Assembly: GCA_963719315.1 (NCBI GenBank)
Contig: CAVRBU010000003.1
Coordinates: forward strand, 128,001-192,000
DNA: 64,000 nucleotides
Direction of reading: 5' to 3'
From: an uncultured Planctomycetota bacterium
Lineage (GTDB): Bacteria > Planctomycetota > Planctomycetia > Pirellulales > Lacipirellulaceae
Position numbers and translations under genes: made by a program. How positions within the stretch are numbered: the first letter of the stretch is position 1; each line of letters starts with the position of its first letter. This document shows positions 40,471 through 49,933 of the stretch, in pieces. The notes below the pieces were generated by a model that was not told where the DNA came from, made no database searches, and worked only from the letters and a program-made list of their open reading frames with translations.

Positions 40471-41685
40471 CTATTTGCAATCCTTAAGCCGCGCGATCTC
40501 CGCAGCATCCTTATCGCCGCGGCCGGAGAGGCAGACGACGATCGTATGATCTTTAGGTTTGCTGCGGGCTAGTTCCAATGCCTTGGCGACGGCGTGTGAA
40601 CTTTCGAGCGCGGCCAGAATGCCTTCGCTGCGAGCGAGTGCATCGAACGCGGCCATCGCGTCTTTGTCGAGGCAATGCGTGTACGAGACTCGGCCGGAGT
40701 CTTTCCAGTAGCTGTGCTCAGGGCCAACGCCCGGGTAGTCGAGGCCGGCCGACATCGAGTGGACGTCGCAGGTTTGGCCGTCGTCATCCTGCAACACATA
40801 GCTATAACTGCCGTGGAGCACGCCGGGTCGGCCGTGGCTGAGCGGAGCCGCGTGATCGCCCGGTTTCGCGCCGTGGCCGCCGGCTTCAACGCCCACGAGC
40901 GCCACGCTCTTGTGTTCGATAAACGGATAGAACATACCCGCCGCGTTGCTGCCGCCGCCTACACAGGCCACCACCGTATTCGGCAGACGGCCCAACTGCT
41001 CGCGCGATTGCTCAATCGTCTCGCGCCCGATCACCGCTTGAAAATCGCGCACGATCCGCGGAAATGGGTGCGGCCCAACGACCGAACCCAAGATATAGTG
41101 CGTCGTTTCAACGCTCGACATCCAATCGCGCATCGCTTCGTTGATGGCATCCCGCAGCGTCCGTGAGCCGCTAGAAACCGGCCGCACCTCTGCCCCGAGC
41201 AGCTTCATGCTGAACACGTTCGGCGCCTGCCGGCGAATGTCCTCCTCGCCCATGTACACCACGCACTCCAAACCGAAGTGAGCACAGGCCGTCGCCGTCG
41301 CCACGCCGTGCTGGCCGGCGCCCGTCTCCGCGATCACACGCTTCTTGCCCATTTGCAGGGTGAGCAGCGCCTGGCCAAGCGTGTTGTTGATTTTGTGGGC
41401 GCCCGTGTGGTTGAGGTCCTCGCGCTTGAGCCAAATCTGCGCTCCGCCGCATTTCTCACTTAGCCGCCGCGTATGATAGAGCGGCGACGGCCGGCCTACA
41501 TAATTCTTCAGCAGCGAGGCTAATTCGGATTGAAACTTGGCATCCCCGCACGCTTTGTCGTACTCAATCGCCAACTCGTCGAGCGCACGAATGAGCGTCT
41601 CAGGCACATACCGCCCGCCAAATTGGCCGAACCGCCCAGCCGCATCCGGCACCTGCGTGCTAACATCAGTCATTGCCTTCGACAT
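40471..41685 (-). CDS. trpB: tryptophan synthase beta subunit
   Basis: [61 protein letters not shown]. Confidence 0.99.
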   Translation of the reverse strand: MSKAMTDVSTQVPDAAGRFGQFGGRYVPETLIRALDELAIEYDKACGDAKFQSELASLLKNYVGRPSPLYHTRRLSEKCGGAQIWLKREDLNHTGAHKINNTLGQALLTLQMGKKRVIAETGAGQHGVATATACAHFGLECVVYMGEEDIRRQAPNVFSMKLLGAEVRPVSSGSRTLRDAINEAMRDWMSSVETTHYILGSVVGPHPFPRIVRDFQAVIGRETIEQSREQLGRLPNTVVACVGGGSNAAGMFYPFIEHKSVALVGVEAGGHGAKPGDHAAPLSHGRPGVLHGSYSYVLQDDDGQTCDVHSMSAGLDYPGVGPEHSYWKDSGRVSYTHCLDKDAMAAFDALARSEGILAALESSHAVAKALELARSKPKDHTIVVCLSGRGDKDAAEIARLKDCK

Positions 41686-41744
41686 ACCCAAAATCTCCTC
41701 ACCTGATTCTCGACAGCCGCTCGGCTTTTATCAAGGCTGCAGGA

Positions 41745-41942
41745 TTAACCACGAAGTTCACAAAGAACACGAAGCAGAAAAATGCACAGATTAGACCGCT
41801 AATCTTCGCTAACGGGCGCTAATATGAACAGGAGCTTGACATTGAATATAGGATTTGCTGTTTCAATGGAAGTAGCGTTCATTGAGCGCACAGTTAGTGG
41901 CTTACTTTTCTCTTCCGTTTCCTTCGTGAACTTTGTGGTTAA
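41745..41942. repeat. inverted pair of 9-nt-period repeats (CACGAAG / CTTCGTG) with a nested ATTAG-type repeat
   Basis: TTAACCACGAAGTTCACAAAGAACACGAAG .. CTTCCGTTTCCTTCGTGAACTTTGTGGTTAA. Confidence 0.8.
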
Positions 41943-41948
41943 ATAGCT

Positions 41949-42788
41949 ATGCCCGAACTCCCTGAAGTCGAAACGATGCGCCGCGGAATTGTGGGCATCA
42001 TCGGTTTGAGCATCAAGGATGTGGAGCGTATTGCGTGCAATCGTCGGCCAATCACGATCATTCCACGGATCGATCATTTTCGTCGCCGCGTGGTTGGCCA
42101 GCGAATTCGCGACGTCGGCCGCGTTGGCAAGCGCGTAGTGGTGCATTTGGATTCGTCGGATGCAATCGTGCTCGAACCGCGGATGACGGGGTTGGTGCTG
42201 GTCTCCGACCCGCCGACTCGCGAGCATTTGCGGTTCCGCTGCAAGCTTACGGGCAAAGGGATTACGGATCTGCTCTATTGGGACCGCCGCGGGCTGGGAA
42301 GTGTTCGCCTGATTTCGCCGCCCGAGTTCGACAAAGCATTCGGCCCGGCGAAACTCGGCCCCGACGCCTTATCCATGACGGCCGACCTGTTCCGCGAACA
42401 GCTCCGCCCCAGCAAACGGCCTGTGAAAGTCGCTCTGCTCGACCAGAAGGTCGTCGCTGGAATCGGCAACCTGTACGCCTCCGAAATCCTGCACCTCGCC
42501 CAAGTCAACCCGGCCCAACGTTGCGACAAAATCACCCGCGCTCAATGGCAAGCGATCTCGGACGCTACGCAAGCCATACTCGAAGCGGCCATTCGTTACG
42601 AAGGCTCGACGCTGGGTGATGGCACGTATCGCAACGCCCTTAACGAAGCCGGCGGCTACCAAAATCATCACCGCGTGTACGACCGGGCCGGCGAAGCCTG
42701 CCCCCGCTGCGGCTCACGCAGCCAAGTGCAACGAATCGTCCAAGCCCAGCGGGCAACGTTCTTTTGCGCAGCCTGCCAGAGGAAATAG
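41949..42788 (+). CDS. mutM: formamidopyrimidine-DNA glycosylase
   Basis: MPELPEVE, RMTG, LLDQKVVAGIGNLYASE, C-terminal zinc finger CPRC..RATFFCAACQ. Confidence 0.98.
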   Translation: MPELPEVETMRRGIVGIIGLSIKDVERIACNRRPITIIPRIDHFRRRVVGQRIRDVGRVGKRVVVHLDSSDAIVLEPRMTGLVLVSDPPTREHLRFRCKLTGKGITDLLYWDRRGLGSVRLISPPEFDKAFGPAKLGPDALSMTADLFREQLRPSKRPVKVALLDQKVVAGIGNLYASEILHLAQVNPAQRCDKITRAQWQAISDATQAILEAAIRYEGSTLGDGTYRNALNEAGGYQNHHRVYDRAGEACPRCGSRSQVQRIVQAQRATFFCAACQRK

Positions 42789-42824
42789 TAGTAGGCAAGC
42801 TCCGCGTGCCGCAACTGCCCTACT
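42786..42824. repeat. GTAG REP (AGTAGGCAnGCTCCGCGTGCCG), second copy at 49113-49177
   Basis: 21/22 identity between 42790-42811 and 49113-49134. Confidence 0.75.
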
Positions 42825-42979
42825 AAAAACACCTCGATTTCGTGGGCCTGATACAGCGCGCGAAGCATGCCCTCTACTTTTCGCGGAACTTTGCATTGAC
42901 CGCGTGGTTTCGCTCTAATATCGGGGGGGAGGGCCGCCCGCTTTCAAAAGCTCCATCGGTTGTGAAGAAAGGACCTGTC

Positions 42980-44123
42980 ATGGAACTCCGCGCCAACAAT
43001 CCAACGAACCAAGTCTCGGCCACGAATCACACAGCCTGCGATTGCTGCGAGGACCAGCACGAAAACCGTCGCCTTCAGCGGCGTGAGTTTTTGACTACCG
43101 CTAGCGGCTTAGCGCTCGGCGCGACGGCAATCGGCAGCATTCTGCCCGCGGGGCGCGTGTGGGCGGAGGCGAAGTCGGCAGGCGCCGTAAGCGCGGCCGC
43201 CACGAAAACAACCGCGGCTGCGTCGTCTCCAGAGTCGCTTGTAAAGGTGCTATACGGTATGCTGTCTCCCAAGCAGCGCGAAACAATCTGTTTCGCGTGG
43301 GACTACCAGGACCCGAAGCGCGGCCTGCTGCGGACCCGCGTCGCCAACAATTGGGACATCACCGACAAGTTCATTGGCGACACCGACTTTTACACCAAGG
43401 ATCAGCAAGCTGTCATTCGCGGCATCTTTGAGGGCATCATCAACCCCGAATGGCACAAGCGGATCGACAAGCAACTGGCCGACGACTCCGAAGGCTACGG
43501 CACGCACAACAGCATCGCCATCTTTGGCGAGCCCGGCACCGAGAAGTTCGAGTTCGTGATGACGGGTCGTCACATGACAATCCGTTGCGACGGCAACACG
43601 GCCGATCACGTGGCGTTCGGCGGCCCGATCTTCTACGGCCACGCAGCCGACGGTTTCAACGAAGGCCCGACCCACCCCGGCAACGTCTTCTGGCCGCAAG
43701 CCCAGGCCGCCAACAAGTTGTACCAAATGCTGGACGGCAAACAGCAGAAGCAAGCGCTCCTCAAAAAGGGCCTGCCCGCGGAACAAAAAGTCGGCTTCCG
43801 CGGCAAGAACGGCGACTTCCAGGGCCTTCCCGTCACCGAACTAACTAGCGATCAGAAGGAAAACTTGCAGAAAGTCATGGCGATGATTGTTGAGCCCTAC
43901 CGCCAAAGCGACCGCGACGAAGTCACGCAATGCCTCAAAGCCCAAGGCGGCCTCGACAACTGCCACCTCGCCTACTACTCGCAAAACGACATCGGCAAAG
44001 ACGGCGTTTGGGACATCTGGCGCACTCGAAGGCCCCTCCTTCGTCTGGCACTACCGCGGCGCACCCCACGTCCACGTCTGGGTCAACGTGGCGGATGATC
44101 CGAGCGTGAAGCTGAATGCGTAG
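42980..44123 (+). CDS. DUF3500 domain protein with Tat signal, frameshift near 44025
   Basis: QRREFL Tat motif, TGRHMTIRCDG..FGGPIFYGH, EGPSFVWHYRGAPHVHVW. Confidence 0.85.
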
Positions 44124-44173
44124 GATGAGAAAGTAACGCATGTTGGCCACCGGCTCACCTGTTGATTGAGACT

Positions 44174-45916
44174 TTATCGTAGCGAATCAGTATTTTTCGT
44201 TGGTGCGGAATCCCTTGTCGGTGGACTGGTGGGTTCCGCCGTCTCGGTCGCCATTGCCTCATCGGCGCTAATGAAACCATCGCGATTCGCATCGAGACGC
44301 CCGAACTGTTCCAGAGAACCCAAGAATTCCCGGCGGCTGACGTCGCCGTCGCCGTTGAAATCGGCCTGGGTGAACCACGCGGGCGCCGTCCCAGTCGTTT
44401 GCGCCGTTGCAGAGTCTACTGGGACGTAGAACGACTGTTCAATCGTCCTCTCCGACCGCAGGAAGGCGACGATCATCTCCGTTGGCAATTCGTCGCCCGT
44501 GAGCTGGCCGTCGCCATTCTTATCGCGCGCGAACATGCGCGTCGGACTAGTGCTGATTTCGCGCTCGCCTAGCCGGCCGTCGGCGTCCCGGTCCAAGACT
44601 TCGAAGAGCGCGTCGCTGTCGTCGTGCACCATCACGCGGAGCGCTCCACGTTCGCCCGCCATCTCGGGAGGACCGGGCACCGCCAGATCGTTGGCGGAAA
44701 CGATGATTCGTGTGTTGCTCAACGAAAACACAATGCGGTTCGGCGCTGGCCGGGCCACCACTTCGACCTCCGGCGCGTGCCCGCGGACATCGACCCGCAC
44801 TTCACCCCGATTGCTGCCTTCGGCCCGCATTTCGAAGGAGATCGCGAGATCGATGTGCGGCTTGATCGTGAGCAATTTGGCCAGCTCCTCCTGGTCGAGC
44901 CGACCGTCGGCATTGGCATCGAGCTGTTCGAACAAGTGCGGCAAGTCGGGAAAGCTGCTGGGCGCGAGCGGCTGCCGCGGCGCGTACAGATCGGCCAGAA
45001 GATATTCCAGACGATCGATATCGCCGGGTGGTTCTAGGCGTAGCGCCGCGTAGCGATCTTCATTGCGGCCGATTCGCGGCGGCTGGCTCGCGTCGTTTAA
45101 TTGGTCGCGAAGCGGCGCCAGCTCCGGCCGCGTGATGATGCGGTCGTCGTTGGCGTCCAGCGACAGGAACCGCTCCGGCGCCGCGGCAATCTCCTCAGCC
45201 GTCAATCGACCGTCGTTGTCGATATCGAGCAACTGCCACACGCGCGAGGCCAGCGACGGAACCGAATAGTACGCGCGCCGGCTGCGCAACGAGAACGCCG
45301 CCACGCTGCGACCGGCGTCCCGTCCCAACCAGGCCGCGGCTTCCTCGGGTTGAATCTTCTTGTCGCGGTTGAGATCGAATTGTTCGGTCCACGCCTTGGT
45401 TCTGCGTTTCGGCGTGTTGGGATTGAGCGCCCGCTCGGCCTCGAGGAATTCTTCGTTGCCGGCGAGCTCGCTCCACGTGCACGTGTGATCGTGGTCCGTA
45501 TCGGCGGCGTCGAGCACCTGCTGGATTCGAGCGGCGAACAACTCACTGGGCGATCGACCGTCCATCGTCAGCGTTACGTCAATGAGCAGCGGCCCACCCG
45601 GCGTCAATACAGCGATGCGTTCGGGGCGGACTGGGACTTTCTCGGCCGGCTTTTCAGTCGACTTCTCAGCCGATTGATCGGCCGTCTTGGTTGGCGTCGC
45701 TACATCCGGCGGAGGCGAGGCATCGGCTTGTGGCATCATCGGTGCTGCTTCTGCTTCCGGCTTCATCGCAGCCGTTTGCGGCACATCAGCGGCGGTTGCC
45801 TTCGCCGGATCGGCCGATGCCGCAGACTTAACCGGTGGAGCAGCCCTCTTAGCCCCGCAGCCGACCAAGACGACAACGGCAGCCATCCAAAGCAATCGAA
45901 CGGCACGCCGCCTCAT
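44174..45916 (-). CDS. multi-EF-hand calcium-binding lipoprotein
   Basis: lipobox VLVGC; many DxNxDGxL loops (DIDNDGRL, DANADGRL, DRDADGRL, DKNGDGQL, DFNGDGDV, DANRDGFI). Confidence 0.88.
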   Translation of the reverse strand: MRRRAVRLLWMAAVVVLVGCGAKRAAPPVKSAASADPAKATAADVPQTAAMKPEAEAAPMMPQADASPPPDVATPTKTADQSAEKSTEKPAEKVPVRPERIAVLTPGGPLLIDVTLTMDGRSPSELFAARIQQVLDAADTDHDHTCTWSELAGNEEFLEAERALNPNTPKRRTKAWTEQFDLNRDKKIQPEEAAAWLGRDAGRSVAAFSLRSRRAYYSVPSLASRVWQLLDIDNDGRLTAEEIAAAPERFLSLDANDDRIITRPELAPLRDQLNDASQPPRIGRNEDRYAALRLEPPGDIDRLEYLLADLYAPRQPLAPSSFPDLPHLFEQLDANADGRLDQEELAKLLTIKPHIDLAISFEMRAEGSNRGEVRVDVRGHAPEVEVVARPAPNRIVFSLSNTRIIVSANDLAVPGPPEMAGERGALRVMVHDDSDALFEVLDRDADGRLGEREISTSPTRMFARDKNGDGQLTGDELPTEMIVAFLRSERTIEQSFYVPVDSATAQTTGTAPAWFTQADFNGDGDVSRREFLGSLEQFGRLDANRDGFISADEAMATETAEPTSPPTRDSAPTKNTDSLR

Positions 45917-45955
45917 TCGAATCTTCCTAGCGTTGTCGTTACCAGAATAATGCAA

Positions 45956-47308
45956 TCATGCCAGGAGCTCAGCAATCGCATTGCCTTCGGCAATTTTGAT
46001 CGGCCGATCGGTGGGCGTAATGTTTTCACTTTCCGGCGGCACGCCAAGCGCGGTGCACAGCGTGGCCAGCACATCGCCGATGCCGACGGCATTCTCTTCG
46101 ACCTGCATGCCGTCGGCACTTGTGCGACCGTACGCTTGGCCGCCCTTGATGCCGCCGCCGCCCAACACGCAAGACCAGGCATTCGGGAAATGATCGCGAC
46201 CGGCGTTGCCGTTGATTGCCGGTGTGCGACCGAACTCGCCCATCCAGAGGATTGTCGTGCTATCGAGCAGACCGCGCTCCGCGAGCTCGGCCATAAGCGT
46301 GCCCCAGCCCGCGTCGAGTTCCCCGGACAATTCTTTCACGCGCTTGAAATTATCTTGATGCGTATCCCACGCCAGGCCCTCGCCGAGCGCAACTTCTACA
46401 AACGGCACGCCGCGTTCGACCAGCCGGCGAGCGAGCAGGCAACCTTGGCCGAAGAGGCCAGTTCCGTAGCGGCGGCGGACTTCATCGGGTTCGTCAGCTA
46501 GGTTAAACGCAGACCTCACTTCGGGCCGCATCATCTCGACCGCCTTTTCATACGTGCCGTGGTGCGCTGTGAACGCGGGCGCGGTATTGCCGGCGAGAAA
46601 GTTCTTCTCCATCGTTTTCCACAATTGCAAGCGACGCGATTGCTGTTGATCGCTAATACCAGAAGGCGGCTCGATGTTTTCGAGTTTCAAATCGGCGAGT
46701 GGTGCCGAGGCTTTTTTAGCAGCCGCAGGCATGGGTCCGCTGGCCGCCCCCGCCACAACGGCCGGTGCGTATTTGGCCCCCAAAAAACCGGGACCAAACG
46801 CGGCCGGACTGATTTGTTGCGGCGGCGCCACGCTGACGTAACTCGGCAACGGGTTAGACGCAAACTCAAGCTCCTTCGCAAGCGAACAGCAGATCGACGG
46901 ATACTCGACTCCGCCCATCGGTGGGTGGCCCGTACGGACCAAGTGCGTGCCGCGGACATGGTCGCCTTCCTTCGTGCTGAGCGAGCGGATAACGGCCAAC
47001 CGGTCGGCTTGTTTGCCCAACTTGGCGAAGTGCTCGCTGAATCGCAGGCCGGGCACGCGCGTGGCGACTTCCTTGAACTCGCCGCCGTTGGCGTGACCGG
47101 GCTTCATATCCCAGGTATCGGTCTGGCTGGGTCCGCCGCTCATCCACAAAAGTATGCAGTGCCGGCGCCGGCCGGGATCCTTCGCAAACTTCGCCGCAAG
47201 TGCCGGCACCCACGAGGCACAACTCGCGCCTGCCAGCCCCAGGCCTATTCCCAATTGACGCAGCATGTCGCGGCGTTCAAGCGTTCGAGTGCGACGAGCC
47301 ATGGCCAT
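45956..47308 (-). CDS. DUF1501 domain protein (Tat signal)
   Basis: RRDML, CILLWMSGGPSQTDTWDMKP, GQGCLLARRLVERGV, WDTH, WMGEFGRTP, GRDHF. Confidence 0.95.
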   Translation of the reverse strand: MAMARRTRTLERRDMLRQLGIGLGLAGASCASWVPALAAKFAKDPGRRRHCILLWMSGGPSQTDTWDMKPGHANGGEFKEVATRVPGLRFSEHFAKLGKQADRLAVIRSLSTKEGDHVRGTHLVRTGHPPMGGVEYPSICCSLAKELEFASNPLPSYVSVAPPQQISPAAFGPGFLGAKYAPAVVAGAASGPMPAAAKKASAPLADLKLENIEPPSGISDQQQSRRLQLWKTMEKNFLAGNTAPAFTAHHGTYEKAVEMMRPEVRSAFNLADEPDEVRRRYGTGLFGQGCLLARRLVERGVPFVEVALGEGLAWDTHQDNFKRVKELSGELDAGWGTLMAELAERGLLDSTTILWMGEFGRTPAINGNAGRDHFPNAWSCVLGGGGIKGGQAYGRTSADGMQVEENAVGIGDVLATLCTALGVPPESENITPTDRPIKIAEGNAIAELLA

Positions 47309-47377
47309 GTCTCCGATTTTATTGTAGCCGGCTCGCACCGCGAGCAAAATTTCCACTCGCGGAACGAGTGGACTACA

Positions 47378-49006
47378 CTAGCGATTAAACGCGAACTCCG
47401 TGCTATTGAGCAAAGCCCACAATAAGTCACTTTGTACTTGGTAGCGATCCTCGGGCGTCTTGCAACCGCGCAACATCTCGACGACGGAGTCGCGCTCGCC
47501 GGCAACCGGTTCACGCGACAAAACGGCCAAGTATATCGTCTCGGTGCGATCATAGTCGTTCATGAACGGCGCATCGAGCGCGGCGAGCAGCCGATTGGAT
47601 TGCGGCGTGGTCAGTCCGGCCATCATCTGGCCATTCATCATCAGCAGCGATTGCAACGTGCTGCCGCGAAACTCCGTCGGGCTGCCCGGCGGTGGCCGCA
47701 TCACGCGAACGAACTCCATTCGCAGTGGATCATCATCGATGCTGCTCGCCATCCGGCTCCACTCCTGGCCGGCCACATCGCGCGGCACCAGGACCATGAA
47801 GCTGTCGTAGGCCTGCTCTGGCGTGAGCGGCCGAGGCAATTTGTAGGCGAAGAGGTTCGGCGCCGCAGCCGCTTTTTCATCGTGTTGGCAGGGAAGTTGG
47901 TAGGCGCGCGTGTTCGCCAACGTCCGCCACAACTCGTGCAGGTTGAAGCCGGAGTGGGCGAAATAGGTCGCCAATTCGTCGAGAATTTGTTGGTTAGCGG
48001 TGGGGTCTGCTTTTTCCAAGTCGTCCAGCGAATCGACCAGGCCCTGTCCGATTAGTTCGGCCCATGTCCAATTGACGGCCGCGCGGGAGAACCAGCGGTT
48101 GTCGCTCGACGCCATCCAAGTGGTGAATTGTCCGCGTCGCGATTGCCAACGATCCTCCGCGGCCACGTCGCCGCCCAGGAACTTGGGCGGCACCGTTTCG
48201 CTCGAGTTCGGAACCATCACTTCGCCGCGATCGGCATCGATCAAGCGAAACGGGTTGTCGCTCATCTGCCGTTCATTGGGCGCTTTGACGCGGGCGAAGA
48301 ACGCCGCCACGCCCCAGAAGTCGCGTTGCTTCCAATGGGCGTAGGGATGATCGTGGCACTCGGCACACTGCAGCTTCAGGCCCAGGAACAATTCGGCGGC
48401 GCTACCGGCCATTTTTTCCGGCGCGAGATTGTTGGCGCGGAAGTAAAGTGCAGGACCCAACTCATCGCCGCCGCTGGTGAGCATCAGGCCGCCGACTAGG
48501 TTGTCGTATCGCAAGTTCTTGGCGAACCGCGTGCGAAGCCACTTCTGCAGACCAAGCGCTTCGCGGTCGTGCGTGGGATCGACGCCCAGCGGCAGAATAC
48601 GATTGCGGAGAATCGTGGCCATGTGCGTGGCATGCCGCGGCGATGCGAGCAGATGATCGACCACGAGCGCCCGCTTGTTCGGCCGGTCGTCGGCGAGAAA
48701 CTCGCGGACTCCCGACGCCCGCGGGATTACGCCGACCAAGTCCAAGTAAACGCGCCGCAGATACTCGCTATCGGTCGCTGTTGCAGCGGGTTCGACTCCG
48801 GCGGCTTTCCAAGATTGCTGAAGCAACTCGTCAACTCGAGCCGTCATCGCCGCGCTATCGGATATCGATGTTGGGACAGCCGCAGCGGCATCGATTTCGC
48901 CGCGCTCCGGAAGAACGTCAGGCGTCGCTGCAAAGACGTAGGTTGTGCCGTGGAGCAGCCACGCACTAAGCGTCAATATCGATAGGATGAGTCGACGGAC
49001 TTGCAT
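47378..49006 (-). CDS. DUF1549/DUF1553 planctomycete protein
   Basis: D.EYLRRVYLDLVG.IP, FLGLKLQCAECHDHP, QSLLMMNG, DLLWALLNSTEF. Confidence 0.95.
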   Translation of the reverse strand: MQVRRLILSILTLSAWLLHGTTYVFAATPDVLPERGEIDAAAAVPTSISDSAAMTARVDELLQQSWKAAGVEPAATATDSEYLRRVYLDLVGVIPRASGVREFLADDRPNKRALVVDHLLASPRHATHMATILRNRILPLGVDPTHDREALGLQKWLRTRFAKNLRYDNLVGGLMLTSGGDELGPALYFRANNLAPEKMAGSAAELFLGLKLQCAECHDHPYAHWKQRDFWGVAAFFARVKAPNERQMSDNPFRLIDADRGEVMVPNSSETVPPKFLGGDVAAEDRWQSRRGQFTTWMASSDNRWFSRAAVNWTWAELIGQGLVDSLDDLEKADPTANQQILDELATYFAHSGFNLHELWRTLANTRAYQLPCQHDEKAAAAPNLFAYKLPRPLTPEQAYDSFMVLVPRDVAGQEWSRMASSIDDDPLRMEFVRVMRPPPGSPTEFRGSTLQSLLMMNGQMMAGLTTPQSNRLLAALDAPFMNDYDRTETIYLAVLSREPVAGERDSVVEMLRGCKTPEDRYQVQSDLLWALLNSTEFAFNR

Positions 49007-49112
49007 GACCAGGCCTGTCTGCTAGAGAGTCCGGAGCGTGGCTTTAAGCCACGCTAGCTATAAGAACTATCCTACCGGATTGCCAAAAATAATGCGAGCC
49101 GCAGATTATTGG

Positions 49113-49177
49113 AGTAGGCACGCTCCGCGTGCCGTAACCAGTTCAGGCGGGCGGCACACTGAGCCTGTCTGCCACTA
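49113..49177. repeat. GTAG REP doublet (degenerate)
   Basis: AGTAGGCACGCTCCGCGTGCCGT .. GCGGCACACTGAGCCTGTCTGCCACT. Confidence 0.65.
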
Positions 49178-49822
49178 AAAGAGCCGCGGCGGCACGCCGA
49201 TGTCGCAGATGTGAATCTCGCCGGTAAATGCTTTTGCCGCCGATTGCGTGAAGCCGACTTTCATCGCAGCGAACGTGCAGGTGTGGTCGGCTCGGATCGT
49301 GTGGGCGGCGGGTTGGCCCGTGTCACAATCGAGGCCGCTCGGCACATCGACGGCAAGCTTCTTGGCCGATTGAGCGTTCATCCAATCGATGGCGGCGTCG
49401 AACGGCGGGCGCGGATCGCCTTGGGCGCCAGTGCCGAGCATGGCATCGACGAGCCACGCGGCGCCAGTTGGTCCGCCGAACCGAGACGGACCTTGCGATT
49501 CGATGATCGCAACATTCGTTTTTTGCAAGATTGCGTAATTCGTAGCGGCGTCGCTGCGTAAGTCGACCGGTGAGAAGAGGAACAGTACGCGGCATTCGTG
49601 GCGGCGCAAGCAGAGGTGCCGCGCGATCACAAACCCGTCGCCCGCGTTGTTGCCCTTACCGCAGAGAATGTCGACACGGCCGTCGATGCCGAGCCGCTCC
49701 AGCACGTCCACGCACCCTCTTCCGGCGTTCTCCATCAGCACGACGCCGGGAATGCCGAACTCTTCGATCGCACGACGATCAATCTCGCGGCACTGCTGGC
49801 GGTTTAATGCGAGTGCGTACAT
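49175..49822 (-). CDS. nnrE: NAD(P)H-hydrate epimerase (standalone YjeF_N)
   Basis: LMENAG, CGKGNNAGDG, VDAMLGTG, AVDVPSG, DIGVP. Confidence 0.95.
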   Translation of the reverse strand: MYALALNRQQCREIDRRAIEEFGIPGVVLMENAGRGCVDVLERLGIDGRVDILCGKGNNAGDGFVIARHLCLRRHECRVLFLFSPVDLRSDAATNYAILQKTNVAIIESQGPSRFGGPTGAAWLVDAMLGTGAQGDPRPPFDAAIDWMNAQSAKKLAVDVPSGLDCDTGQPAAHTIRADHTCTFAAMKVGFTQSAAKAFTGEIHICDIGVPPRLF

Positions 49823-49933
49823 GCCACGATTGTGACACTCATTAGCGTCGGCGGCCACGCCGACTTTTCCGGCAACGCGGATTGGAATTGATTTGTCGTG
49901 GCAGACAACGCCAAACCCCACACGCGGCCATAG

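Noticed and set aside
48788..48805. GGTTCGACTCC tRNA T-loop-like motif
   Set aside because: Lies inside the DUF1549 CDS with no cloverleaf or acceptor stem.
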